A stretch of 64,000 bases of DNA from an uncultured Prevotellaceae bacterium (lineage in GTDB: Bacteria; Bacteroidota; Bacteroidia; Bacteroidales; Bacteroidaceae), in NCBI GenBank assembly GCA_900320585.1, contig ONSV01000020.1, positions 1,775 through 65,774 on the forward strand, given 5' to 3'. The notes beneath the pieces were generated by a model. The model saw only the letters and a list, made by a program, of their open reading frames with translations, did not search any database and was not told the DNA's origin. Position numbers and translations under genes: made by a program. Position 1 is the stretch's first letter; each line of letters starts with the position of its first letter. Below, one piece after another: positions 36,626 to 47,300 of this stretch.

Positions 36626-39600
36626 ATGAAACGATATATTTTATTCGGACTTGTCCTTGCATTGATATCGCCTGTAGCAACAATGGCACAAGACGAAGAC
36701 ACCCCGAAGAAGCCGCAGAAGGTGTTGGTGAAGAAACAGCACAACTACGACACGCGCAACGTCAAAGGTCGTGTGGTCAACGCGCTCACCAAGGCTCCCG
36801 TGGCTGGCGTCATCGTCAAGACTTACGGCATCGACGGCTATTCACAACTCACTGGCGAGGATGGCTCGTATGAGCTGAAGGTGCCCACCTTCGCCTCTTC
36901 GCTGTCGGTCGACGCGCCCGACTACAACAGGGCGGTCGTCGGCCTGAAGGGTGCGGAACAGCAGTACGACATCATGCTCTATCCAACCACATTCCAGCCC
37001 GACTACTCCGCGGAGACCAACGTGCGCAGCGACCAGTCCTTCCAAGGGCTCCAGTATTCGAGTGCGCTCAACGTGAAGGAGGATGTGCAGAAACAGTTGG
37101 GGGCACAGGCCTATTCCATCATGCGCAGCGGAATGCCGGGCATCGGTAGCGTGATGTTCGTGCAGGGCCTCAACTCGCTCAATGTGAACGCACAGCCGCT
37201 CATCGTCGTCGATGACGTCATCATCGAGCAGCAATATGGACGCGAGATGATCCACGGAGGATTCTACAACGATATTCTCAACAACATCAATCCCGGCGAC
37301 ATCGAGAACGTGACCATCCTACGCAACGGAACGGCACTCTACGGGGCAAAGGGCGCCAATGGCGTCATCCTCATCCAGACAAGGCGCAACAAGGCGATGG
37401 CTACCCGCATCACCGCCACCCTCTCGGCCGGTGTGTCGCTGGAGCCGAAGACGCTCTCGATGATGGGAGCGGAGCAATACCGGGGCTATGCCTCCGAACT
37501 GCTCAAGTCTACCGGCACCCGCATCAATGAGTTCAAGTTCCTCAACGAAGACCCCAACTACTACTATTATCCGCAGTATCACAACAACACCGACTGGGGC
37601 AACTACGTCTACCGCACTGCCATCACGCAGAACTACGGCATCAACGTTGAGGGTGGCGACAATGTGGCCAACTATAACCTCTCGGTGGGCTACACCATGG
37701 CACAGAGCACGCTGAAGTACAACAACATGAACCGGTTGAGCATACGCTTCAACACCGACATCAAGCTCTCCACCCAGTTCATCACGCGTATCGACGCCTC
37801 CTTCGCCAACCAGACACGCAACATCCGCGACGATGGTGCTCCCAAGGGCTACGACGAAGGCACACCCACCTCGCCCGCCTTCCTCGCCTATGTCAAGAGT
37901 CCCTTCCTCAGTCCTTACACATACGGGCGGGGAGTGCTCAGCAGCACGCATATCGACATCGACGACGAGTCCTACCTCAGCGAGGCCCTCAGCCGTTACA
38001 CCAACTACAACTGGCAGTTGGCCAACCCCTTGGCACTGAACACCTATGCCGAGGCAGAGAACAAGAACAGGTTCGAGAACTCGATGTTCAACCTCTCGGT
38101 GACGCCGCAATACCGTTTCAATGCCAACCTGATGCTCAGCGAGCACTTCAGCTACAATTTGGTGAACACCAGCGAGAAATATTACATCCCTATCAACGGT
38201 GTGCCCAACTATTATGTGGCGAGCCTGAACAGTTTTCGCGAGAACGAGGTGCGCTCGCTGGCATCGAAGCAGAACTCGGTGATGAGCGACACCCGGCTGA
38301 AATGGGACAACCGCTATGGCGCACACGACGTGATGCTCTTCGCCGGGGCAAGGGTGCTGTGGGAGAACTACACGCTCAACAACCAGTGGGGCTACAACAC
38401 CGGTTCCGACAAGACTCCCCATATGAAGGCAAGCCTCCTCAACCGCGACGCCAGCGGAACGAAAGACTCGTGGACCTCGGTGGCATGGTATGCACAGGCC
38501 AACTACAACTGGCTCTCGCGCTATTTCCTTCAGGCGAACCTCACCGTCGAGAGTTCCTCCCGCTTCGGCTCTGAGGCCGACGGTCTGAAGGCCTTCGACA
38601 CGGTATGGGGGATATTCCCAGGAGTGCAGGCGTCATGGGTGGTCAGCAACGAGCCTTGGCTGGCCAAGGTGAAGGGCATCGACTATCTGCGTCTCTCGGC
38701 AGGGTTCGATGTCAGTGGTAACGACGACATCGACTCCAAGCGGTTCAACGTGGGCCTCGACACACGGTTGCTCAACAACAGGCTGGCCCTGACTTTCAAC
38801 TTCTTCAAGAGCCGCACCGACAATCTGCTCACATTCCAGTCGCTCAACTTCGTTTCCGGACTGGAACAGAACTGGTCGAACGGGGGCGCATTGGAGAATA
38901 CCGGATTCGATGTGTCTGCCAACATCAAGGTGCTGGCCCTGAAAGACTGGCAATGGCAGGTGGGCGCAAGCCTCGGGCACTATAAGAATGAAATCACCGA
39001 ACTGGCAGATGGCGCCAAGCATGCCGACTACTCCCTCTACGGAGGCACGGTAAGGTCGGAGGTGGGGGCTCCTGCCAACCAGTTCTATGGCTACAAGACG
39101 AAGGGCGTGTTCGCCACCAGCGAGGATGCCCAGCAGGCCGGCCTCTATGTGCTTGGCGACAATGGCGTGACCAGGAACTATTTCAAGGCGGGCGACATGC
39201 AGTTCGTCGACAAGGACGGCAACCATGAGATCAATGCTGCCGACATGGACATCATCGGTGATCCAAACCCCGATTTCTATGGCAACATCTTCACCACGCT
39301 GGCATACAAGCGCTTCAAGCTCGACGTGAGGTTCAACTACTCCGTGGGCAATGATGTGTACAACTACCTCCGCGCTCAGACCGAGGGTGGCAACAGGTTC
39401 ATGAACCAGTCCACGGCCATGCTCGCAAGATGGCAGGTAGAGGGTCAGCAGACCAGCATCCCCAAGGTCACCTTCCAGGACCCGATGGGGAATGCACGGT
39501 TCAGCGACCGCTGGATAGAAGACGGGAGCTACCTGAAACTCAAGTCGGTCACCCTCTTCTACAACCTGCCCCTCAACTCCGAGTTCATCCAGGGACTCCA

Positions 39601-39757
39601 GTTCTGGGTTCAGGGAAACAATCTGCTCACATTCACCAAGTACCTTGGCACTGACCCCGAGTTCTCCATGACATCAAAGGTGATAGGACAAGGCATCGAC
39701 ATCGGACTGATCGGACAAAGCCGTTCGTTCGTGGCAGGTATCAAGGTCAATCTCTAA
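36626..39757 (+). CDS. susC: SusC/RagA TonB-dependent transporter, with an apparent in-frame deletion near 38735
   Basis: Start MKRYILFGL; QPLIVVDD, INPGDIENVTILRNGTALYGAKGANGVILIQTRR, SDRWIEDGSYLKLK; lacks the usual NxxLKWET loop. Confidence 0.9.
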   Translation: MKRYILFGLVLALISPVATMAQDEDTPKKPQKVLVKKQHNYDTRNVKGRVVNALTKAPVAGVIVKTYGIDGYSQLTGEDGSYELKVPTFASSLSVDAPDYNRAVVGLKGAEQQYDIMLYPTTFQPDYSAETNVRSDQSFQGLQYSSALNVKEDVQKQLGAQAYSIMRSGMPGIGSVMFVQGLNSLNVNAQPLIVVDDVIIEQQYGREMIHGGFYNDILNNINPGDIENVTILRNGTALYGAKGANGVILIQTRRNKAMATRITATLSAGVSLEPKTLSMMGAEQYRGYASELLKSTGTRINEFKFLNEDPNYYYYPQYHNNTDWGNYVYRTAITQNYGINVEGGDNVANYNLSVGYTMAQSTLKYNNMNRLSIRFNTDIKLSTQFITRIDASFANQTRNIRDDGAPKGYDEGTPTSPAFLAYVKSPFLSPYTYGRGVLSSTHIDIDDESYLSEALSRYTNYNWQLANPLALNTYAEAENKNRFENSMFNLSVTPQYRFNANLMLSEHFSYNLVNTSEKYYIPINGVPNYYVASLNSFRENEVRSLASKQNSVMSDTRLKWDNRYGAHDVMLFAGARVLWENYTLNNQWGYNTGSDKTPHMKASLLNRDASGTKDSWTSVAWYAQANYNWLSRYFLQANLTVESSSRFGSEADGLKAFDTVWGIFPGVQASWVVSNEPWLAKVKGIDYLRLSAGFDVSGNDDIDSKRFNVGLDTRLLNNRLALTFNFFKSRTDNLLTFQSLNFVSGLEQNWSNGGALENTGFDVSANIKVLALKDWQWQVGASLGHYKNEITELADGAKHADYSLYGGTVRSEVGAPANQFYGYKTKGVFATSEDAQQAGLYVLGDNGVTRNYFKAGDMQFVDKDGNHEINAADMDIIGDPNPDFYGNIFTTLAYKRFKLDVRFNYSVGNDVYNYLRAQTEGGNRFMNQSTAMLARWQVEGQQTSIPKVTFQDPMGNARFSDRWIEDGSYLKLKSVTLFYNLPLNSEFIQGLQFWVQGNNLLTFTKYLGTDPEFSMTSKVIGQGIDIGLIGQSRSFVAGIKVNL

Positions 39758-39780
39758 TAACCCAACAACAACCAACGATT

Positions 39781-41562
39781 ATGAAAAAGATCATTATCAG
39801 CATATGTGTCTGCGCCACCATGACGGTCTTCACGGGGTGCGCCGACTTCTTTGAGCAGGAATCCGACCATGTGGCCTTTGCCGAGGACTATAAGCTCGAC
39901 AATGCCACCGACACCATCTATGGGGTCATCGGCATACTGAACAAGATGCAGAAGCTTGCCGACCGCACTATCCTGCTCGGCGAGGCAAGGGGCGACTTGG
40001 TGGATATCTCCGACAACACTTCTGCCGACCTGAGGGAAGTGGCGCTCTTCAGTACCGACGACGACAACGTCTACAACAACTCGCGCGACTACTATGCGGT
40101 CATCAACAACTGCAATTATTTCCTTGCCAATGTCGACACCGTCCTCGTCAACAGCCGCAACGAGCAGATCTTCAAGCGCGAGTATGCAGTGGTGAAAGGG
40201 TTCAGGGCATGGACTTATCTGCAACTGGCGCTCAACTACGGTTCGGTACCTTTCTTCACCACCCCCATACTCACCAAGAAAGAGGCCGACCAGAAGTATG
40301 AGCGGAAGAACATCCAGGAGGTGTGCGAATGGCTCATCCAGGACCTCACGCCACTCACCACCGATGAATACCTGCTCAGGTATGGCGATATCCCCATGTA
40401 TGGGACCATACGCAACACCGACTCCCGTCTTTTCTATTTCCCCATTTCGCTGATGCTCGGCGAGCTCAACCTTTGGGCCGGTCACTACAACGAGGCGGCA
40501 CAGTGGTACTACAAGTATATCACCACCCGCAACGGCACCAACGTGGCCTATACCACGGGAACGGGAAAAGTGCAGTGGACGTCATCGACGTGGGACAACT
40601 ATTACGTAAACAATTATGATGTCACAGGCGAACGCTATTCCCTCGACCCACGCGACCAAGGTGAGCTCATCACGATGATTCCGGCCGACTCCATCCCGTC
40701 GGAGGGCAATTTCTCCCAGCTGAGGAATATCTTCAACTCCTACGACGTCACCACCGGCGAGTACCACCAGGCACAACTGGTGCCTTCCGTAGGACTGATG
40801 AATCTCTCCGAGTCACAAATCTATTGCCATGTCGAGGACCGTGACACCATCTATGCGCCCAACAACCTGGAAAACCACTTGACAGGCGATCTCCGACTGC
40901 CATACGTCTGGGACGAGCGACAGACCGTCTACAACTCACAGAGTGTCACGAGTCAGACCATCAACAAGTATTCCTCACGCAACGTGCACCTCTGGCGCCG
41001 GCAGATGGTGTGGCTGCACTTTGCCGAGGCGCTCAACAGGGCTGGGTATCCTCGGTTCGCCTACCAGATTCTTGCACGCGGACTCTCCAACCAGGTTATC
41101 CAGGAAGAGGTCATCCCTTACTATCGCAACGACTCCATCTACCTGAGCACATTCTCCTTCCCCAACGAGCGCTATATCGTCAGCACGCCCATGAGGCTGA
41201 ATGGCGAGAACATGCAGGGAATCCACTCCAGGGGCTCAGGATGGGCCTATTGCAACAAATACTACCAGATGCCCGTCGACACGCTCATCACCGACTCGCT
41301 CCAGCAGATACAATACCAGATTGGAGCGGTGGAGGATATGATTGTGAACGAGGGGGCGCTGGAGTTCGCTTTCGAGGGTCTCCGCTTCTACGACCTCATG
41401 CGCGTGGCCCTGAGGCGTGGCGACCCTGCCTTCCTGGCCAACAAGGTGTACGGGCGTAGGGGGGAACAGCAGCGCGACATCGTGCGCTCGCTCATCCCTG
41501 TCGACCTCAACAACACCAATAACTGGTTCCTGAAATGGAATGGGCAGATAGGTATTGAATAG
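39781..41562 (+). CDS. susD: RagB/SusD-family lipoprotein
   Basis: Lipobox FTGC-ADFF; YAVINNCNY, RAWTYLQLALNYGSVPF, LHFAEALNRAG, LEFAFEGLRFYDLMR. Confidence 0.93.
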   Translation: MKKIIISICVCATMTVFTGCADFFEQESDHVAFAEDYKLDNATDTIYGVIGILNKMQKLADRTILLGEARGDLVDISDNTSADLREVALFSTDDDNVYNNSRDYYAVINNCNYFLANVDTVLVNSRNEQIFKREYAVVKGFRAWTYLQLALNYGSVPFFTTPILTKKEADQKYERKNIQEVCEWLIQDLTPLTTDEYLLRYGDIPMYGTIRNTDSRLFYFPISLMLGELNLWAGHYNEAAQWYYKYITTRNGTNVAYTTGTGKVQWTSSTWDNYYVNNYDVTGERYSLDPRDQGELITMIPADSIPSEGNFSQLRNIFNSYDVTTGEYHQAQLVPSVGLMNLSESQIYCHVEDRDTIYAPNNLENHLTGDLRLPYVWDERQTVYNSQSVTSQTINKYSSRNVHLWRRQMVWLHFAEALNRAGYPRFAYQILARGLSNQVIQEEVIPYYRNDSIYLSTFSFPNERYIVSTPMRLNGENMQGIHSRGSGWAYCNKYYQMPVDTLITDSLQQIQYQIGAVEDMIVNEGALEFAFEGLRFYDLMRVALRRGDPAFLANKVYGRRGEQQRDIVRSLIPVDLNNTNNWFLKWNGQIGIE

Positions 41563-41610
41563 AAACGATACGAAGAGAGCGGCAAAGGCCGCTCTCTTCG
41601 TATCGTTTCT
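41561..41610. terminator. Bidirectional terminator between convergent operons
   Basis: Perfect 23-bp stem AGAAACGATACGAAGAGAGCGGC / AAAG loop / exact reverse complement, between the SusD and GH2 stops. Confidence 0.85.
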
Positions 41611-41633
41611 TTCCATTCCTCTAAAAAATCACA

Positions 41634-44264
41634 CTATTCTTTTGTTCCGAAGTCCTGTTGCTGTCGCTCCACTTCCTCGAGCGATTTGCGGCGTTCTTCC
41701 TCGCTCATGCCGACGTTGGTGGGCGATGGCTGAAGCATGACGTTGCTCCTTACGACCTTTTCTTTCAGCAGCCGCTCGTCGTAGCACATCTTGCCTTCGT
41801 AGGGACGGCTGTGGATGACGAGGGTGTCGGCAATGGGGGCATGGGTGCCCTCGAAGGTGCAGTGGGCAATGATGCGTATCTCGCCTGCCTGATGGGTGCT
41901 GCGGACGAGGACGGGAGCGCTTCCCCATTCCACGGCGCGGGGGTTGGCCTGGTTGCTGGCATCGCCAATGATGGTGCCCTCGCCCTCCACGCTGAAGGTG
42001 ATGTGCTCGCGTGCCATGCGGCGCACATTGCCGTTGTCGTCGGTAACCTCGGCCACCACCACGATGAAGTCGCTGCCGTCGGCCACGAGGGGCTTGCCCA
42101 TCTCATCGGCCACGAGCCGTATCTTCGTGCTGCGGCGCGAGGGCATCTTCTTCTCCTGACACACCACCTTGCCGCCGATGATGCCCTCGGCAAGGAGCGA
42201 CACGTTCTGCCACGAGCGTTTGGTGTAGCTCTGCTCACGGGCAGCCCAGAAGTCCCAGAAGTCCTTGAACACCACGGGCACGTTGGGGATGCCCTCGGCC
42301 TCATGGCGCACGGGCAGGGTGGCCACCTTCGCTCCGTTGAGGGCGGTGAGGCGCACGCTGTCGCAGTTGCTGAACACCACGACGTCGGCATCCGAGAAGG
42401 GGGTGAGCTCATGGGCGATGAAGACCATCGGCTCGCCTTCGATGGTGGGGTTGGGCAGGGTCACGCCGGGCGCCTGGCGCTGCGAGCGGAACATCTCGAA
42501 AGCATATTTCTTCTGGCGGAAGGCATCGTAGATGCCACCAAGGTAGGCATCGGGATGGTAGCCGCGCTGGTGGTCGAAGGGATGCCACTGGCAACCGCCG
42601 ATGAACTGCCGTTGTCCGCGGAACATCATGCCATAGGTGTCGGCGAGCGAGAGGGCCGCCACTATCATGGGGCGCTCGCCCCAGTTGCGGGCGGCACGGT
42701 TGATGGCATTGTGGGCATACCAGTCATCCACATACTCTCCCCATTCGCGGGTGAAGATGCACTTGTCGGTGTCGAGCTTCTGCTGTCCGATGTTGTAGGC
42801 CCAGTCGTAGAGCACGTCGTAGTTGTCTTTCACGCCTTCCGAGTTGAGGTCGGCGGCTGCTGCGGGCCGGCCTGGGTAGGGATACTCCTCACGGGTGATG
42901 TTCAGGGCCTCGAGCGAGAAGTCTTTGGGGTAGCGGGTCTCGTTGAGAATAGGCTCCCACATCAGCACACAGGGGTGGTTGCGGTCGCGACGGATGATGT
43001 CGCGGGTGTTCTGGTGAACCTTCTCGGCCCATCCCGGTTCTTTGTTCCAATATTGCCATCCGGGGGTGGGCACGATGATGAAGATACCCAGTTCGTCACA
43101 GGCATCCATGAACGAGGGGTCTTGTGGGTAGTGGGCGGCACGGATGATGGTCATGCCGGCGTCTTTCAGGCGCTTCACATCACGCCATTGCTGACTGTTG
43201 GGCAGGGCATTGCCTACATAGGCGAAGTCTTGGTGACGGTTGCCGCCCACCATCTGGTGGTAGGGCTTGCCGTTGAGCCAGAAGCCGTCCATGCCCTTGA
43301 ACTCGGCCTTGCGGATGCCCATCCTCACCATGCCTCCGTCGGTGCATCGCTTGCCATCGAGCACCCTCACTTCCACATCGTAGAGATAGGGGTCTTCGGG
43401 CGACCACAGGTGGGGATTCTTCAGGGTGGCCTTGAGTTCGGCGCAGCACATCAGCCCTGAGAGGTTGGCTGGCAGGCTCACCCGCTGTCTGATGGTCTGC
43501 ACCACCTTGCCGTCGCGGTCCTTGATGCGTGCCTCGATGACCGACTTGGGCGACCGCTCGCTGTTGTTGCACACTTCGACGTTGACGAATACGTCGGCGC
43601 TCTTTTCGCTGATGTTGTCAAAGTGAAGGAACACTCCGCCACCGGCCACGTCGTTGCGCTCCAGGGCATCGGTGATGTGCAGGGCCGACTTGCCGATGAT
43701 CCACACGTCGCGGTACATACCGCCATGGTAGGCGAAGTCGAGCTGCGATTGCTTCTTTCCAGGAGGATAGGTCTTGTCGTCGCTGTTGTCGGCTTTCATG
43801 GCGATGAGGCAGGTGTCGCCGGCTTTCACTCCCAGTCCGGAAAGGTCGACGATGATGGGCAGGTAGCCGCCCTCATGCTCTTGCACCTTCCGTCCGTTCA
43901 CAAACACTTGCTGTTTGCCCATCACGGCCTCGAAGTGCACGGTGATGCTCTTGCCTTCCATGTCGGCAGGCACAGTGAAGCGCTTGCGATACCAGCATAC
44001 GCCTTGGTAGTTGCGGCCACCGCTTACCTCTGAGGGGTCGAGGCGTACGGGATGTGGCGCGCACACCACTTCCCACGACGAGTCGTCGAACGACGGACTC
44101 CCGGCATTGGGGGCGTCTCCCAGATGGAAACGCCATCCCTCGTTGAAGTTGTACACGATGCGCCCGCTATCTTCCAATGGGTAGAATCCTGCCACGGATG
44201 TCTGTTGGGCGGCTGCTCCCAGGGCAAGGCACAAGCAAAATGCCAATAGGATGGTTTTTCTCAT
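41634..44264 (-). CDS. GH2 glycoside hydrolase, probably RG-II beta-galactosidase type (BT0993-like from memory)
   Basis: GH2 motifs FNEGWRF, WYRKRF, HEGGYLP, GGMYRDV, GGNRHQD, IRAAHYP, RDRNHPCVLMWEPILNE; signal peptide. Confidence 0.85.
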   Translation of the reverse strand: MRKTILLAFCLCLALGAAAQQTSVAGFYPLEDSGRIVYNFNEGWRFHLGDAPNAGSPSFDDSSWEVVCAPHPVRLDPSEVSGGRNYQGVCWYRKRFTVPADMEGKSITVHFEAVMGKQQVFVNGRKVQEHEGGYLPIIVDLSGLGVKAGDTCLIAMKADNSDDKTYPPGKKQSQLDFAYHGGMYRDVWIIGKSALHITDALERNDVAGGGVFLHFDNISEKSADVFVNVEVCNNSERSPKSVIEARIKDRDGKVVQTIRQRVSLPANLSGLMCCAELKATLKNPHLWSPEDPYLYDVEVRVLDGKRCTDGGMVRMGIRKAEFKGMDGFWLNGKPYHQMVGGNRHQDFAYVGNALPNSQQWRDVKRLKDAGMTIIRAAHYPQDPSFMDACDELGIFIIVPTPGWQYWNKEPGWAEKVHQNTRDIIRRDRNHPCVLMWEPILNETRYPKDFSLEALNITREEYPYPGRPAAAADLNSEGVKDNYDVLYDWAYNIGQQKLDTDKCIFTREWGEYVDDWYAHNAINRAARNWGERPMIVAALSLADTYGMMFRGQRQFIGGCQWHPFDHQRGYHPDAYLGGIYDAFRQKKYAFEMFRSQRQAPGVTLPNPTIEGEPMVFIAHELTPFSDADVVVFSNCDSVRLTALNGAKVATLPVRHEAEGIPNVPVVFKDFWDFWAAREQSYTKRSWQNVSLLAEGIIGGKVVCQEKKMPSRRSTKIRLVADEMGKPLVADGSDFIVVVAEVTDDNGNVRRMAREHITFSVEGEGTIIGDASNQANPRAVEWGSAPVLVRSTHQAGEIRIIAHCTFEGTHAPIADTLVIHSRPYEGKMCYDERLLKEKVVRSNVMLQPSPTNVGMSEEERRKSLEEVERQQQDFGTKE

Positions 44265-44317
44265 GATGGTTGCGGTTTTTTCCGGGTTATCTGGTTTTCT
44301 ATCGAAGTATCGTGTTG

Positions 44318-44372
44318 GCTATTGTAATGTCTGAACTCCTGAACTCCTGAACTTCTGTAACTCCTGAACTCC
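44318..44372. repeat. Second CTGAACTC 8-mer repeat element
   Basis: GCTATTGTAATGT followed by five CTG(T)AACTY units; same leader and orientation as 14262-14323. Confidence 0.8.
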
Positions 44373-44380
44373 TTAAAAAA

Positions 44381-47300
44381 TTATTCTTCCAAGGTAAGTT
44401 CAACATGCTTCACGCGCAGTCGGCGCCAGGTATACACCACATGCAGGTGGCCGTCGCGGCTCTGGATAATCGAGGGATAGGAGTATTGCGATACCGGACT
44501 GTCCTCTAATGTGATCCAGTGGCGCCAATGCACGCCATCGTCGCTGCGTAGGATGGAGAGTGGAGTCCGGGCGCCTTTCTCCTTCGTGGGCTCGATGGGC
44601 CAGTCGTTGCAGATGAGGGCGTAGCCACCATCCTTCAGGCTCACGGCATCCAGTCCGCTGTTGTTGTTGGGCACGTCGCAGAGCTCAAGTTTGCTCCATG
44701 TCACTCCATTGTCACTGCTGTAGGTCACACCCACCTGTCGGCTGCGGGTGCGGCAGAGGGCTTTCAGCCTGCCGTCGGGCAGGACGATGATGCTGGGCTG
44801 GATGGCCTTCACGCCAGGGTCGCTCTCCACGAAGGGGGTGCGGCGCCAGGTTTTGCCCATATCGTCGCTATACTCGAAATACACCTTCCAGCCATCGCGC
44901 TCGTCGCTCGTGGGCGATATCAGGCGGCCTTTGTTCAGGATGGGCTTGTTCTTGATAGGACCATAGAGGCTGTCGGGCAGTTGCTCGCGCTTGCTCCACG
45001 TCTTGCCACCGTCTTTCGATTTCACCATCCATCCCTTCCATCCGGCCACGTTCGGACCAATCTTGAAGTAGAGTTGCAGCTCGCCGCCGGGGGTCTCGAA
45101 GAGCACAGGGTTCCAGCAGGCTTCGCGGTAGTCGGGAGCGAACACGCCATCGGCCACCAATTGAGGTGCGGTCCATTGGCTGCTGCCTTTGGGCTTCCGG
45201 CTCACCCAGATGCATACGTCGGGGTTGCGCTCCCTCGTGCCACCAAAATAGGTGGCCACCAGGTCGCCCCTCTTCGTCTCCACGATGCTGGCGGAGTGGC
45301 ACTGGGGGAAGGAGGCTGTCTTGTAGAGGAACTCGTCGGCCACCACTTGTTTCCCGCGCTGGGGCAGTGGGCAGGTCAGGTCGTGACTGCCTGAGCCCAG
45401 CGTGCGTGTCGAGAGGTCGGGCATCCTCAGTTCGGCGGTGGTGTTGGCGGGTATCTCGATGTGCCACTGCAGCTGTCCGTTGTCTTTCTTCCATCGGCTC
45501 ACAATCTTCCCGTAGATGCTCTGGTAACTGGCATCGATGTCGTCTACCTCGTCTACGCTGAAGTCGGGGGCAAGCACGATTTTCTTATATCCATTCTCTT
45601 TGGGAGCGATGCCGGCCAGGCACTCATAGAGCCACGAGACGAGGTCGCCCAGGAGCATCACGTGGTTGCCGCTGTTCATCTTCGGACTGGCAGTGTCGCC
45701 GTTCCAGAGTTCCCAGATGGTGGTGGCGCCATGCTCTGCCATGTAGCCCCATGAGGGATAACTCTTGTTGGTGGCCAGCAGCCAGGCGATGTCGGTGCGG
45801 CCCATCTGGGTGAGGGCGTGCATCAGCCATCCTATGCCGATGACGCCACACGACACATGCCCATTGTTGTCGGTGATGATGTTCTTGATGATATTCTTCT
45901 CCACCTCGCCGCGCACATAGTTGTCGGGAGTCATGCCGAAGACGAGAGGGAGCAGGTTGGCGGTCACGGTGTTGTTGCCATAGAACGTGCTGTCGGGGTA
46001 GAGCAGGTGGCCGGGCACGGTGGTGGTGCCTTCGTTGCGCGTGAGGAACCGCTGGTTGAACGCATTCTTGGTGAGCGTGGCCTCGTCGGTGAAATAACGG
46101 GCGTCGGCCTCGTCGCCTAACAGGCGGGCAAACTCGCTCATCATCAGGCATGCTTTATAATAGTATGCGGTGGAGATGAGGGTGCCGTCCGTCTGGCGGG
46201 CGGGGTCCTGGCTGTGGATGAGTTCCTCGCTCTCGGGGGGAACGCACCAGTCGCCATAGCGGTCGGTGGTGATGAGTCCGTCTTCACCATACTGGGTCTT
46301 CAGGTGCTCCATCCATCGTTTCACGTTGGGGTAGAATTTCCGCAGGGGTGCCTCGTCGCCATATTGCCGGAGCAGCATATCGAGTCCCATCACCAGGGCG
46401 GCGGGCCATGTCACGTTGTCGGAATAGTAGTTCCAGAATGCGGGAGCCACGTCGGGGATGCAGCCGTCCTCGCGCTGTGCCTCGCAGATGTCGCGCATCC
46501 ATTTGGCATAGAGGTTGGCGTTGTCGAAGACGTAGGCCTCGCCATAGCAGCCACGGGTGCGGTCGCCGAGCCAGGGCTGGCGCTCGTCGCGCTGCGGACA
46601 GTCAACAGGCAGTCCCTTGTAATTGCTCAGGATGCCCCACCACGCGTTTTGGTACACTTGGTTGAGCGTGGCATTGCTGGTGGTCATCATTCCTGTGGTA
46701 CGCATCTCGTCGGAGACCACCTCGCCCACGAAATCGCTCAGGCTGGCATCCCCCAGTCCGCTGATCTCGGCATAGCGGAAACCATGGTAGACGAAGGTGG
46801 GGTGCCACCAGGTGCCTTGTTCCTGTCCGTTGGCATAGTGGCGGTCGGTGCTCCAGGCATGACGGAGGTTCTCGGTCCAGATGTTTCCCGTGGAGTCGAG
46901 CCGCTCGGCAAAACGGATAACCACGCTGTCGCCTGGATGCAGACCGCCCATCCTCACCTTCAGCCATCCCGCCATGTTCTGTCCCATGTCGAGCACCACC
47001 TTGCCGTCTTTCTTCGTGATGGCCACTGGCGTCACCTGCCTGATGACCTTCATGTTGGGGGCCATTGCCCCGCGCAGGGTGCCAAGGGGTAAGGCGGTGC
47101 GCTCGGCTTTCATCCATCGGCTGTCGTCGAAGCCTGTACGGGTCCATCCGTCCCACATCTTGCGGGCGTCATACACCTCTCCGTCGTACTCGTTGTTAGA
47201 GCGTATGGCCCCATCGGCATTCAGCCGCCATTTCTCGTCGGTGGAGATGGTCTTGGTAGAGCCGTCGGCAAAAACCACGACGAGGTTCAGGCGCAGGGTG

